Assembly (NCBI GenBank): GCA_045837725.1
Contig: JBEWZL010000272.1
Location: forward strand, 1-64,000
DNA from: Vermamoeba vermiformis
Lineage: Eukaryota
DNA: 64,000 nt
Direction: 5' to 3'
Below the pieces are notes generated by a model. The model was not told the DNA's origin, made no database searches, and worked only from the letters and a program-made list of their open reading frames with translations. The translations under genes were made by a program, and so were the position numbers. Below are positions 36,499 to 50,293 of this stretch, in pieces (position 1 is the stretch's first letter; each line of letters opens with the position of its first letter).

Positions 36499-38681
36499 TT
36501 ACATATTGTCTTCAGATTGAGTGCTCGTACTGAATGGGCCCATTGTATTGGTCTGCCCGTTTTGACCAGTCCTGTTCGAGCCCGATGATTGACCGATGCT
36601 CTTGTTAGGCATGAAACTAACTTGCATAGCTACAATAATGCCCAAAAATAACGATTCTTCGAGCAAAGTAGCCACACCAATGTATGCGTTGATGTTGATG
36701 AAAGTGTAGCGCAAGCTGAAACTGATCACGGGATAAGTGCACGCAAAGACAGTAGATATGATCACTGACAGACGACTCTGTAAATCGATAGTATATTAGT
36801 ATCACATTTATCATAATTGATTTCCAGTTACCTTTTCCAAAGAGCGGATGCGACTCTTTTTGTCTAAGTTGACCTTGCGAGATCTATTCAACACTTGCAT
36901 GACCTTGACGGCTAATGAAAGGCAGGATAAGGACATGTACTAAAGACCTCCGTCAAATTTGTATACTTACCGACAATAACGTAGAATACTGCGACTACAA
37001 CACCACCGACCAAAGTGACGCAGAGCAATGCAATGTAGGGCTCGAAGGTGAAGTAAATGACAATAGAGCTAGCAATAGGAAGCGAAACAATAGCAGCGGT
37101 GGCGACCCAGAATGGAATTTGAAGCCTGGAATGGAAGCGGTTAGAATTGGCAATAAATTGAAATGAATCGCGAGACTGACTTTCGACTGAGGAATGGCGT
37201 GACTTTGGTGTTCGCAAATTGATTGATGACTTCGAACCAGAAGAAGGCCATCAATAACAAAGCGGCGACTACATTGAAGTTAAGGAAATCAATATAAAGT
37301 AAAAATGAAATTGAACCGGATCGGGTCCGAAAATTAAAATTTTAAGTGTAAAAAGGATACAGGCCCAAGAAACTGGAGCAGCTTCGATAAACTGGTCGAT
37401 TTCAAGGATGTAGAATCCTCTTGCGTTGAGGGGATCGATCCAGCGCACAATCATAACTAAAAATAGCACGAGCCAAAATTAGCAACCGATGCCGATAGAA
37501 GAGCACTTCGTTAATTAAATTACTTACGAGAACAAAACACGGTTTGAAGCATCAAGTATACAAAGCTAATGTTGAGAATGAAGCCAGAAGTTCTAACCTT
37601 GAGAACGAACTTGCGGATCACAAGCCCCAAAAGGAACAAGTACACGAGACCAAAGAAAATGTTCAAAGTAATGAACCACCCAGTATTAAATACAAGTGCG
37701 TGAAACTCGCTCGGATCTATTTTTGTAAAACAAAAATAAGTTGAGGATAAAACTCCAATTCAATTTGTGACACAAATTACCTGGTGAGATTTCTACAATT
37801 ACGGTACCGTTTTGAAGCATACCACCGAGCGTTAAGAAATCTTTGAAGACAATCTATAATATGACGCGGTTAGTTTCAGCAAGGAGAAAAATGACAGATC
37901 GATTTACGTACGTTTACCACGGGCAAGGTAATTACGGTATCGCTAATTGGAATGCGGCTATGATGACCCAGTGCTCTTTCGTACAAGTGGACAATTATTC
38001 CGGCTGCACCAGCTGTCGACACGCGGAACAACGTTAGTGAATTAATTAACGGTCACGTCAGTCTTGTGAGGTCTTACATTCGAGAGCCATTTGCACCTTT
38101 TCTTTGATACTGCAGGGTCCTAATGACACGACAACCCATTGTCCGGGGGCCTCGAACGGACCACAGTAATTACCGTCCTGTTTAAAGCGGTTAGTAATTT
38201 GATTTTCTAATTTTGGAAAAATTTGATTGAAAAGCCGATTCCTTCGTATTAATGACGAATGTAAAATTTAGTATAATGCAGTTGTTGTGCCGATACTCAC
38301 GATAATTGTCAAATTGGCAGTGAGGGTAAATTCAGTTGGTGGACTTCCAACAAAGCTGTTGGTCATGTAAGGCGTGCCAAATTCGAAGCTGTGAGCAATA
38401 CATATTAGTTATATTGTCCTTACAATATTATCTCTGCAGTAGAGTATCAGAGTGTTGCAGAAGTTGGATGTAACAATAATTGTTTGCCGACAATTCCATT
38501 CAATTGTAGAATTGATAATGCGCCGATAGTTTAAAAAATATCGATTAAATAACAAACTATCGCCATTACAGTTGACTTACTCGGTACCTGGAGGATACAC
38601 GACGGTTCCTTTCGCGCTGACGTATGTCAAAAAGATCAATGCCGTTATTAGTACCAATGAGAGGACCTTATGAGGAGACAT
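36499..38681 (-). CDS. Signal peptide, PA-like domain and multi-pass (about 7 TM) membrane protein
   Basis: N-terminal MSPHKVLSLVLITALIFLTYVSA; VVVSLGPCSIKEKVQMA (PA-like); several hydrophobic exons at 36.5-37.7 kb. Confidence 0.6.
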
Positions 38682-38927
38682 GTTGTTGTATCTTCGAGTC
38701 GAGATTTAAAAAATGATTGCTGTTGCACGTTTCGAATCGTGACGTCTTTTCTGTCTGTTCAAAATTCTGACTTTTCCAAATAAGGAAATTAATCAGGTAT
38801 CGTACGATATGGATTAAAATGCCAGCGATGACATACCAACGTGGAATTGTGGTGTTGTTAGCCTCAATCAGGGTAGATCGAGGCCGGATGTGACCCGAAA
38901 AATGCAGATTTATTTTCCATCAAGAAG

Positions 38928-40459
38928 CTAGAAGTAATAATTCCAGTCAGCTTGATGGTTGCTTGAATTATTTACATTGCTATCAGGAATTGTTTCGAGA
39001 GAAACGGCATTAGTATTCACAGATGTGTTCGCAAATCCGTAATCGCCATTGTAACTGTACTGTGCTTCATTCTGCTGTTGCTGTTGCTCGCTCATAGCCT
39101 GATAATATTCTTGTGCATTATCTGGCGTAAAAGAGTGCTGCATGTAGACTTGTGTTGGCGGCATCTTTGGTGTCTCGTTTGGTGGATCCAACGGGATAGG
39201 TAGTATTTCCGCTGCTTCGGTCGCCGGAAGAATTCCTCGATCAGCGATATTCTTATTGACCCAAGCTTGCAGCTTTTCCTCGAGCCCTTGCCAACCCTTG
39301 GTCCTATAACCGCGATTTAAATACTGGCTCAGCTTCGTTTGACTGGCAAAGAATCGAAATTAGCGTAAATTCTCTAAGTTTACAGAAATATTATTATAGC
39401 AAACGCTGTTAACCAACTTACCTGACTTTGACCTCGCGGGCGAGCTCCTTTTGTGATTTAGACTTGGTCTTTAGTATGTCTTTAACTCTTTGGAGTAATT
39501 GCTCGTCAGGTTTTGTCGTGTTGTGGGCAAGAGTCATCTCGTGGAACAGCTCACCGCGCTGTGCATAAATTCTCCGTCGCTTATTCGCTGGATAACTCAG
39601 ATCCGCGACTTCGGACTTTCTTTTTTGTGGCAACTCGGTACCAACCTGTTGTGGATCTCCCCTGTTTTGGCCCGGAAATATAACAGAAAGGGCAGGTCTA
39701 GCTTTTCGTGCCCCTAAATTAGCATCGATTGGCGGGCACAGTTCACTGGACTACGAAATAGTTAGCAGCCTATTGGTTTAATTTCGTTTCGGATATCTCG
39801 TTGGTCCATACCACACTGCCAGGACAGCAAACAATAATCACTTCATCGCCCTTCTCCTGTACGATCATCATACTGCTCTGTAGCTCACTTCTATGGAAGA
39901 AAAGTACGGTCAAAACTCCGATTTTATAGATGGTCGTTCATCTTTCAATTAGCCTACTTATTATATGTTCTGTTGCAGTTCATACATCTGTATATGCGCG
40001 GAATCTTGTTGTTTCTCTTTCTAATAAGAAGATTAGCGCCACGTGCTAATAATCCGGATGGATTTTGAATTTATACCTCCGTGGGACGGTCGTGGATGCA
40101 GGATTTTGTTTCTTTTTGTACGTTTTAAATTCAACGCTGTCACCTCCACTTGATATCTAAAGTAAGAGTGGATGCATCAGTCATCAAAGCTTTCACTGAA
40201 GCGAAAATCGAAATAATCATTATTTGTTTTTGAACCTCGACAGCTGAAATCGTGATTTTACTCGAATACAATATATAGATTAGAAAATGTTAGTTATTAA
40301 GCTTACTTCTGCTTCATCTGAATAATACGAAGATTCGCAATCGGATGCTTCATCGTTGGATTGCTTCCCTTCATTATATACCGCTTGGTAATGCTGTAAA
40401 GATGAAAATTAATCAAAGTAATCAAAATATCGGACGCTTACGGAGTTAATTGGTTGCAT
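38928..40459 (-). CDS. Putative transcription factor with Cro/CI-type HTH, NLS and Gln/Asn-rich tail
   Basis: Spliced KSQKELAREVKV|SQTKLSQYLNRG..LEEKLQAWV; PANKRRR. Confidence 0.65.
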
Positions 40460-41078
40460 TTTACAGATCAGAAACGAAAACTTTAAATTTGCCACGCTCT
40501 CGTTTGGCAAAATTTATATTGCGCTTTGCAAAGGCGTAATCTTGATTAAAATATTTGATGAGCTGCTGTAGCCTTGCTGGTGAAAAAATTAAAACTACTG
40601 CAAGCTACCGGGCAGGGTTCAGTATCGGGATTACTACACAAATTTGGCCAAAGCAAATGAAATTTCTCACTTGCTCGTGAACAAATACAGTAAAAGAGTT
40701 GCGAGTGGTGAATATACAAAGGATAGTTGAGTATTTAGCGGAATGTCCGCGTCAAAGCATAGTAGAGTTGAAGTTCAAGCGGATCAACTCGCTGGAAAAA
40801 AAACTGCTTGCTAAAATTATATATCAACTTATATTCCGAGCGCATTGATCCAAAGACTATGCTGTATATTTAGTGCATATATTTGTAAAGATTCATTCTA
40901 ATCTCGCAATTACTTCGTCGTTCAGTGAATACGGGATTGCTAAAAATACACGTCATGCGTGGACGAATCAGATTATAGGGCGTTCATGAACGAGCACACT
41001 ATTGGTATAATAATTTTAAATAGAGAGAGGTGCTCAATTCACCGAAACGTAGAGGAGTGTAAAACAGATCTACTTACG

Positions 41079-42954
41079 TTAGTGGAGGATGTCGATCCGA
41101 TCCCATTGACCAACAATGGCATTCTCACGCAACGACTTGGCCTTATCTAGACCTCCACCACTTCTCTTCATAAATCTATTTTTGAGGTTGCACTCGCCTC
41201 TAGCAACGAGATATTTTTGGAAGGTATCTAAAGTTGCATCCAAATCGAAATAGACAGTTCTTCCCCACGTTGAACCAAGAGGAAGAAATTCGAAATTCGA
41301 GCTTGCTTTCGCGCTCTCGTATACGAAGCAGATATTCTCGGCCAACAACTGACGTTCTTTCGAGTAAGTATCTCCGATCGGTTCATCATCTTTTCCATCC
41401 AGATTAACAATGTAGCTCTTAGTTGGATCAGTGCCTGTTACTTGATGCACTTTCTCTCTAAATGCCTTTCGTGTCATAGTTGACTTGATGGTAATAGTGG
41501 TAACCTTGTTATCGATTTGATACCTGTTGGTGACGTGGATCAGACGCGTGCTCAGTACAAGTATTGCGATACGTACACATTAATAGGAATCACATCGGGG
41601 TGGGATATATCCAATCGCAGCCAACTGAAGTTAGTGATTCCGAGCTGAACAAATGTTTGATCCGCATGTGAAAAATCCAACCGTTTGCCGTTGTGACGCA
41701 GTTTGAACTTCATCTCGTGTGATTTGATAGAAGGCCATTGCTGATTCAATAAGGAGAATAGCGTTGCAAATTTATCTGTTGGAACAACCTCCACTGATTG
41801 GATGTGCCTTCTTTTCGTCGTAATAACAGATACTACGATGGAGTTCGCGGCTATAGGCTTGCAAAATACAAAAGTCACGGCCCTATCCCGTAAGTCCTAT
41901 TAAATAATGTGATTTGATGACGGAGTATTATTCTTACGAAGGTACACCACATTGCAATAGTTTCTCGCGCACATCCACAGGCACAAGCATGGCACGATCC
42001 TGCTTCAATAGGAAACTAGTTCGTATATAACTTGTAAGTCGCTCCAATTCGATTTATCGCCGCAGCCACTTCTCCGCCCGACTTGACAAAGGTAGTGTAG
42101 ATGTGATCCTCTGACCTGATGTCAGAGCCCTGCCACTGCAAAAATCGAGCCAGCAGGATCTAATCCACAACAATAAGACTTTAAAAATGGCATTAATTGC
42201 ACTTACCATACTCTTGTGGAATTGCAGAGGGAGTCTCGTTTACCTTGATACACCAACAGTTCGTGCTACGATCAGCTGCTCTGCAACTAGTTTCTTTCGG
42301 CTCCACATATACCACTCCTGGGAGAGTGACACTGTGGCCATACATCACATTGCGCCATGCTTTGCAAACACTACTCGCGTGCTCTCGACGCTCGTCAAAT
42401 GTCATGTACGAAAAGATGTTTTCGAGTAGCTCTGTCGGTAGCGAAGGCGCAGAATAACCTGAGTCACCTTGAACAGGTTGAAAAACACGTGCCAGCATTC
42501 GAAAAGTGGCTATTTGGCCTGGTGGAATTGTGACTTCAAAGGCGACACGTGGGCTTGACTCATCATAACTGCTAACTACGCGCATTAGTTTACTCTTAAG
42601 CATCAAGGAGACATACCATATTTTACACCGTCAAAATATCGTTGTAAGTTGTCTGCTTTCAAGGGTCTGTTGTCGCTGGAAAATAATTAGTTAAAAATAT
42701 TAGAATAATGCTGAATTAATTTACCCAGAGATTTCATGCCAATAATTGTTACAGTCTGCATTTGTTTTGTATAACAGTTTGTATTGAATCAGGTTTTGTT
42801 TGGGTAAAACGAACGAGTTACTGGTCTTGATCGCTAATCCGACAGAGATAGTGGCGCGTGCATCTTCCCGGTTAGAATTCACTAATGTACATTCAATATC
42901 ACGAATCTCGTAGTCTGACGCGGAGAGGGGTGTAGTCGTGCTTTCCATTTTCAT
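41079..42954 (-). CDS. F-box protein with ubiquitin-like domain(s); 3' end approximate
   Basis: SLPTELLENIFSYM..SSVCKAWRNVM; Ubl-like LRHNGKRLD..TFVQLGI. Confidence 0.65.
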
Positions 42955-43095
42955 GAAAAATCTAGTTTTTAGTAAACCACAATGATTGCCAACGGCCAAT
43001 AAAAATCTCGTATCGCTGTAGTGTACTCTCAATGAATACTCAAGCCGATTACATTCGAAGTCGACTACAACAGAAAGAAAGGAATCTGTCTGGAT

Positions 43096-44373
43096 TTATA
43101 CGCACAATATTACAAGGTCGCTTGAGTCAAAGGCAGTCAAGTTGGCCAAGAACTCGTCAGTCACTTCAGTGCCCTGAGTTGTGTTTGCTTTCTTCGGTTT
43201 AGTGCGTAATTTCTTGCCAGCCTCGTTTAACAGGCACGACAAGGTACGTTCTTTCAACACAACGGCTTTCTTCACGCCCTTGTTGTTAGTCACCGAGAGC
43301 GTCAACGGTGCTTGTCGCTTGACCTCATCGCCGGGAATAATGGGCTCGTGCTTCATGGTCTCTTTGAGTTGTGGCGGCAGTTCGTTGGTATTGAAGTGGG
43401 TCAAGTCGTGTTCTTGGTACAGTTTTGACGTGCCACATAAATACAGATCTGCAGACGAATGATCGATGTTGTCTAGCCTAAATGATCGCGCATATTCATT
43501 AGATACTCGGCTACTATAACGTCTTTGTATGTGACTTACATTCGTAGTCGTTGTTCGCTAAACTTGTTGGGTTTAAAAGGTGGCAGGACATAAATTCCCA
43601 AGTCCTCAGCAGCCTTCAACAAGTCTCTATAGTGGTTGTAGAACACAGTATCGTGATCTGAATGAGCTTTACAGAACTTTTTCACTTTTTTGCGACGCAT
43701 ATCTTTGTCCTCAAAGGCGCGGTGTACTTCGGTAAGTACGTGGGCGAATCTGGCGAGTGAATTAGTTTTATTTGCTTAAGCGCTCAACAATAACTTACTC
43801 GTGTAACAGGGTCGGAAGTAAGCGGAAAATGGGCAAAAACTTATCGTGGTCATCGAGCAACTGGACTTCAACTCGATCGACCTGCGGATTCGAATTAAAT
43901 ACCATTCATAAGCACCCACACAAGAAAATACTTACAGTTTGATACAATTTCTTTCCCTTTGTAGTTTCAGCATCAACCTCTGCGCACAAGTTAAAGTAGG
44001 TCATGCCAATAAAGTTGCTCGTTTCTTCAGCACGCGGCATTTCTTTGATAGGGAACGGCGCAGCAAGGTCTGCGTTACTTATTATTAATAACGGCGTTGC
44101 TAATTCCTTATGTTCTAGCATACCCTTAAAACCGTGCTCGATCAACCGTTGGCGCACGTCGTGGAATATACGCAAGATTTTCCATTCTATTTTATAATTA
44201 ATTCGCGTACTACTAATTGATAACTGCTAATTCAAATAAACAGCGCAAGCAATTATACTTTATAAAATAAAAATAGTCGTTGTAGGTTGCTTACTATGAT
44301 CAGCAGTTTCATCGTCAGTAATATGTAAGTTTACTAAATCAGTTCCATTAATTTCGGTGGCAGGTTCAACCAT
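43096..44373 (-). CDS. WLM/SprT-like zinc metalloprotease
   Basis: Spliced TLLH|EFAH...HSDHDTVFY. Confidence 0.7.
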
Positions 44374-44677
44374 AATACAAAGGGTTCGGTAGGTCAGATT
44401 GAGAAGAAATACACAGAACGAGGGGGTGATTAGTTAGAGGCGCCAGCTTTAAATAATAAAAGTAGCTATGTAGGTATGTGCCTTTAGCGAGAAATGATGA
44501 ATAATGGCGCTGTTGGAAAAATTTAGGGCACGAGGTCTTGCGAATTTCATCAGAATAAATTGTAATGGTTTTTTTTTGTTTTTTTTAATCAGCCAAGTTT
44601 TTCGAGCCAACAATGTGCAATAAATAGCACTCGAGCAACAGAACCATTATTCGAAAGCTTGTTGGAGAACAACAACA

Positions 44678-46935
44678 ATGGCGTCACTATACGTAAGTTT
44701 TTAGTCTGCTACATCTGAAAACGGAAATTTTAATGACGCGATCCGTCAGATCTTACACCATTTATTACAAAATTTTTCTTTAATTTTCTTTATAATAAAT
44801 GAATTTCTTCTTCAGCACAAAACGACCTGGATCGTGATCCTAATTTATTGCAATTTAGGAAATTATGCGAGAGCAAGAGGACGAGAAACTAGCCCGTCAA
44901 CTTTACGCTCAAAATTCTGCTTACGAAAATGAAGAAGACTTATTCAACTCTGACCTCAGTAACTAAATTTAATTTCTGATCTGCGAAAAGTGCTAACAAT
45001 AAAAAAGGTGATGAAGAGTTAGCACGACGATTGCAAGAACAATACGGAGGCTATATCGAACAACATATGCAAGAAAAAGAAGAGAAAAAACCAGCCCAAG
45101 AAGAAAGTAAGTTTTTTTAAAGAGCCAAATGAGTCCGTTGTTAATTCTCCGTGAATTTAGCCGACGAAGAGCTCGCTCGTAGACTGCAAGAAGAGTTTGA
45201 TCGTCTTGATAATGGCCAGCAGAGTGCCGAAGATGACACAGCTGCGCAAGTAGATCCTGCTGAGTTTGAACTCAAAGACGACGAGACCGCCGCACTGCAA
45301 TACGAAGAAGATGAACGACTAGCGTATGAAATGCAAAACATGGAGCGCAGCGAAGTGTTGAACGTACATCCGCGCCAATTCAACGCTGTTGAAGAGCGAT
45401 ATGCCAGCTTGAAGCCAATGCACTTTAACGAGGACGGCGAGGAGCCCGATGACGAGTACTATCAAGAGCTCGAGGACCAAGACATCGGCTACGTGTACAG
45501 ACGTATCCCTGAGAAGCTCAATGCGCAGTCTGACGAGCCCAAAGCCCTGCACTATCAGACCTACTCGACACGCAACACGGGCAAGAAAGAGACCAAGGCC
45601 AAGAAGAAGATCACCAAGGCCGGCAAAGAGCTCATCAAACAATTCCGCGTCAAGGAGGAAGGCTTTGGTACGTAGTATAATCGCCTTTCATTACGTTATT
45701 AGTCGCTAATTCACTCGTTAGAATACGGTGTCGTGTTGGGCAAAAATCACGATCAAGCTTACTGCTACGACGGTGTCGTGCGCAAAGTTCACTTCTACAA
45801 GAAAGTGCGCGAGACCACTTACATTACACGAGGGTATGTAGGCCGTTAGCTGAATTAATTGATCGGTCGACTAACGTTTTGATAGCGTGTTGGTGCTACT
45901 CAAACTCCGCCCGTACCAAGATGAAATCGCCGATGTGGTACACATCTACGAGAAGGACGAAGTGAGTCGATTGTACGAGATGGGTGAGATCGCGCAACTC
46001 GATCCTGTCTTGCACTTGCCTCCTGAAGTCTTGCGCACTGTGCTCGACTTCGTGCAAGACGAACATTCGAACGCCTCGCTCAGTTTAGTAAGTCGAGAAT
46101 TTAAGTCTTACTTAATTAGTACTAACCACACAAACAGCTCAACAAGGCGTGGAATGCTATCGCGGCTAAAGAGTCGCCTGACACAACCAATCAACGGCCT
46201 TTCGACTTCGACACACAGCTCAGCAAGGTCTATTGGGGTAATTTGCGAGACTTTCATAGGCGATTCGTGCGACATAATGTCACTGACGGTGTCACTCATT
46301 CGGAATTCTTTTGCGGTAAACTCAGAACTGCTGTGAGTGAATCTCACTTCGTAAAGTGTGGTTTGACACACGAGGTGTTGCGTGTCGCCGAGGAGGTGTG
46401 GAATGAAATTCAAGCCTGGAGAGGTGCGGACCCTGAAGACAAAGTGCACAGTGAGGAGTCGAGTGAAGACGAGGAATCAAGCGAAGAGGAGGTGTTGGGC
46501 ATCGGACTTCCCTCCGACAAACCACGTGAAGCACGTTCAGTGGAGCGTCTATTCATGGCTAACAAGATCCTGGGCCTCAAATACAATGACGACGAGCTCA
46601 TCAACTACGCATCTACAGTGCTGTGGACTTGGTGGATCATTCACAAACGAAAGGACTTGGATCAACGACCCGAGTCCATTGACGTGCCCATCCGCGCGGC
46701 TTTGCTCCGCATGCTCCATCGAGGTGTCTCAACAACGCTGGACAACTACGAATATGAGTTGAGAGGCCTGGACAAGAAGGACCCGAAGTACTTGACTATC
46801 AAGCGGAAATTGGCCGCTTTCAAGCACCGGTGGACTTTAGTGGTGAATCCGCCCAAGCCAGTCGAAGAATTGTTAGACGATGAACTCCTTCTGGATGAAG
46901 ATACCGTCGACAGCACGAATGTTGGACAACAGTAG
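44678..46935 (+). CDS. UIM-like repeats, eIF1A-like S1 domain and F-box protein
   Basis: DEELARRLQE repeats; KEEGF|EYGVV..CYDGVVR..RPYQDEIADVVHIY..EVSRL..GEI; LHLPPEVLRTVLDFV. Confidence 0.65.
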
Positions 46936-47148
46936 TAATATACGCGTTTCCTTGTACTAAGTCTACCGTGATCTAAAAAAATATGATTTTGCGCAAGATT
47001 CTTTCGGAAAATCTGCCAGTTGTGTCAAAGTGTCAGAAAATGGTGTGGGACACAGGATACTCGATTTTACGACCCTTGTGAATATAACAACAGCACCACC
47101 AAGAGTACTTTGGTTGTTAGTTTCAGATTTGCGTTATTTACAGATACA

Positions 47149-48300
47149 ATGGCACAACAAGGAGGAGCTGAAAAGACTCAACACTGCAAATTAGTCGTCG
47201 TTGGTACGGACACGAATAATAATTGTAGAATATTATTAGTATAACTGCAGGAAATTGGTTGCAGATGTGGTTAAATTCCATAAGCTGACTCAGTTTTCAT
47301 GAAAATAACGAATTATTATTCTTAGGTGACGGTGCCGTAGGAAAAACATGTTTATTAATTGCATACACAACTGGTATGAGTTATTTGAGCATTATTAAAT
47401 GGTGTATTTCCAGATCTTTGCGAATAATACTGGATTTCTTCAACAAAATCATTCTTATGACTAAATATATTCTTTTTATTAGTAATATAACTTGATTATT
47501 GATTTACACGAGGAAATACACCTTTGTACTCGCTAGAATTATTATTTTCCATTGACAGCGTCAAATCTACTTGCCGTTATAACAACACGCTAATTAACTT
47601 CTGCTTATAGGCAAATTCCCCGAGGGCGAATACGTACCTACAGTAAGTAATTCCTCAAATAGGCGAAGATTTTGGCTGCGTTAGCTGAATCTTCTGTTGG
47701 AGTGGAAGTTTAGAAAACTAATTTTGCTGCAGGTTTTTGATAACACTAAATGCCGTATACTGTGCGATAATCAACGTAAGTATTATGCGCGCCCTGCTCG
47801 ATCAGATCAGGAGAATTTTCTAGTCAATTCTAGAATCAATGGAAGCCATAGATATTGATATCAAAATACATCATATTAATTTAATATTATTAATTACTTA
47901 TTTGTGGATAAATTTAATTGCAACTGCTGTTCGCTACAATTCACTTACGTAAAATTGATCAGATGTGACACTGGATCTTTGGGATACTGCTGGTCAAGAA
48001 CAATATGGTACGTAAATTACTATTAGCGCAATCATATCGATTGATTTACTCGAATAATTGTATTCATTGCATTACTTTGTACCTGAAACAAAGAACCAAA
48101 TGGCGCGATCCTGCTTAAAACTCGTGCCACAACAATTCATTCTATTAATATACTCGTATTTACGGACTGATATTAATATTATGATATTTAGATCGATTGC
48201 GACCTTTGTGCTATCCTAAAACAGATGTGTTTTTGCTTTGTTTCTCAGTAGTCAACCCTGACTCTTATGAAAACGTTCGTGATAAGGTAAGAAAAACGCA

Positions 48301-48335
<35 letters not shown>

Positions 48336-49075
48336 ATAAAAATCGGCGGCTTAAGAGCGATTCAAACGTCTACAAAACCCAATACATGGCGCGTGTCAAC
48401 AACACGCCATATCCACTTAAAAAGTTGCAGAATAGAGCAATATTAATTTACCTTCGCACTATAGTGGTACCCTGAAGTGCGTCACCACAACAAGGACGCT
48501 CCTATTGTTTTGGTCGGAACCAAATCCGATCTGCGAACAAACGAAGAAATTTTGGCCAAGCTCGAAGCCAAGGGCGAAAAAGCATTGACTGCTGAACAGG
48601 CTGAGAAGTTGAGAAACGATATTAAGGTACTTAGCAGTGTTACTATTCTAGAGAAGCTATTTATGCAAAAATATTTTTAAGACTGCTTATTGCTTTCTTA
48701 GTCCCTTATTATATTTTATCCTAATATTAATTAAAAATATTTGCTAATTATTATTCTCACTAAATAGGCACTTAAATACTACGAATGCTCAGCACTTACC
48801 GGTCAAAATATGAAAGAAGTCTTCTTAGTACGTATCTCTCTCCATGAAGTGTTGCTAGAGACAACAAATATGACGTTGCTAATGTGCTATTACCATCAAA
48901 ATATTTACCATCAATCATTAATTTAACGGTCACATTTTTGTTTGGCACGTACTTTGCGCGACATTTCTAACGAGCCTATTAACAGGACGCTATTCGCTCT
49001 GCTTTGACTCTCCGCAACCAGCCGGCTACTAACAGACCTCCTCCCAAGAAGCGCAGTGGCTGCACTCTGCTCTAA
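47149..49075 (+). CDS. Rho-family GTPase (Rac-like), many introns
   Basis: [56 protein letters not shown]-terminal KKRSGCTLL CaaX. Confidence 0.92.
48305..48331. repeat. (TA)n microsatellite in a Rac intron
   Basis: Visible dinucleotide run. Confidence 0.9.
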
Positions 49076-49307
49076 GAAAAAGGAGTGGATTCGATCTAGA
49101 TCGAGCTGTTTAAACTATCTTTATTTTGTTTCATAATTATTGTATTTCAATACCAATAGGTGCGTATTGTTATTTGTTGAAGAATAAATAACTGTAAGCA
49201 CCACCAAAATCTTTTGTGATCAGTCCTGGTTGATTTTTCAATTAATTAAAGTCGGAAAAAACCTTGTTTGATTAAAGCACCATTACCACACAAAGAGCCA
49301 CTACATA

Positions 49308-50199
49308 ATGAATATTGATTTAAATAACGAAGAGCAATTACAAGCACTGCTGCGACAGCTGATCGCGCAAAAGGAAGCAGGTACCGCTGGTGGTGTCCCT
49401 GGCTTCTCCCTTGCGCAAGATGATGACGAAGAAAATTCAGGTATAGATCATAGCATTACTAGTATATTGCTAGCACAGCAAACTCGGAAAAAGATCCAGT
49501 TTTATTTGAAAATTGAAAAATTAATTTAAAATTATTGACCGTAGTTATGTTGTTGCAATATTTCACTAATAATTACAGCGCATTATAAACATGCCGAGTT
49601 ATTTTAACGCGAAAAATCGTTATAACACGTCACATCTCTTACAGAGGCTTGCGTGGCTCAAAAATGCGATCCAACAGTGTGTGTCGCAGCATTGCAACAG
49701 GTTTTCTCGAAAGAATTGTCGTGGATAATGTTTGAATATGGCACCTTGATCTTGATCCCTCCTAACGACGATGGAACTTTATTCACTGAAGAACAGTTGC
49801 GCACTCGTGCTTTAGAATTATTAGAAAAATACGGCAAGGTAATTACAGATAACATTAGGATACGCGAAGAGCGTAGAAGTAACCTGTCACATCCGCTAAC
49901 TTGATCTACTTGCACAGGTCGTTCCTGGTGGAATTTTGAGTGATTTTAGCTTATCTACATTTGCACCTCACGGTAATGATCTAGTTATATAATAATGATA
50001 GCTTTCAAGTGCTCACACGTGGAGTTTAGGTTGGATGATTCAGTACCCGCACAGCGAAGAGATCGTGACTTTTGTGTCGTTTGAAGAAAAGAAAACACCG
50101 TCAGGCCCCGCTGAGGTCGGTTATTATGGCCGCAACAAACGTCACGCCGATTGGTCCTCCAAGGCGATTGTGCACGTGCAAGTGGGCATCAAACAATAA
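49308..50199 (+). CDS. Hypothetical protein, spliced
   Basis: Exons in ORFs 49308.. and 49653.. plus downstream exons with GT-AG ends; SWIMFEYGT and VGYYGRNKRHAD. Confidence 0.6.
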
Positions 50200-50293
50200 A
50201 CTCTCGACTTGTTTGTACATAACTCTTGTACCATACGCTGTAGGTAAAACGAACCTTTAATACTGTTTATATTACAAAGAGCGTATTAATCAC

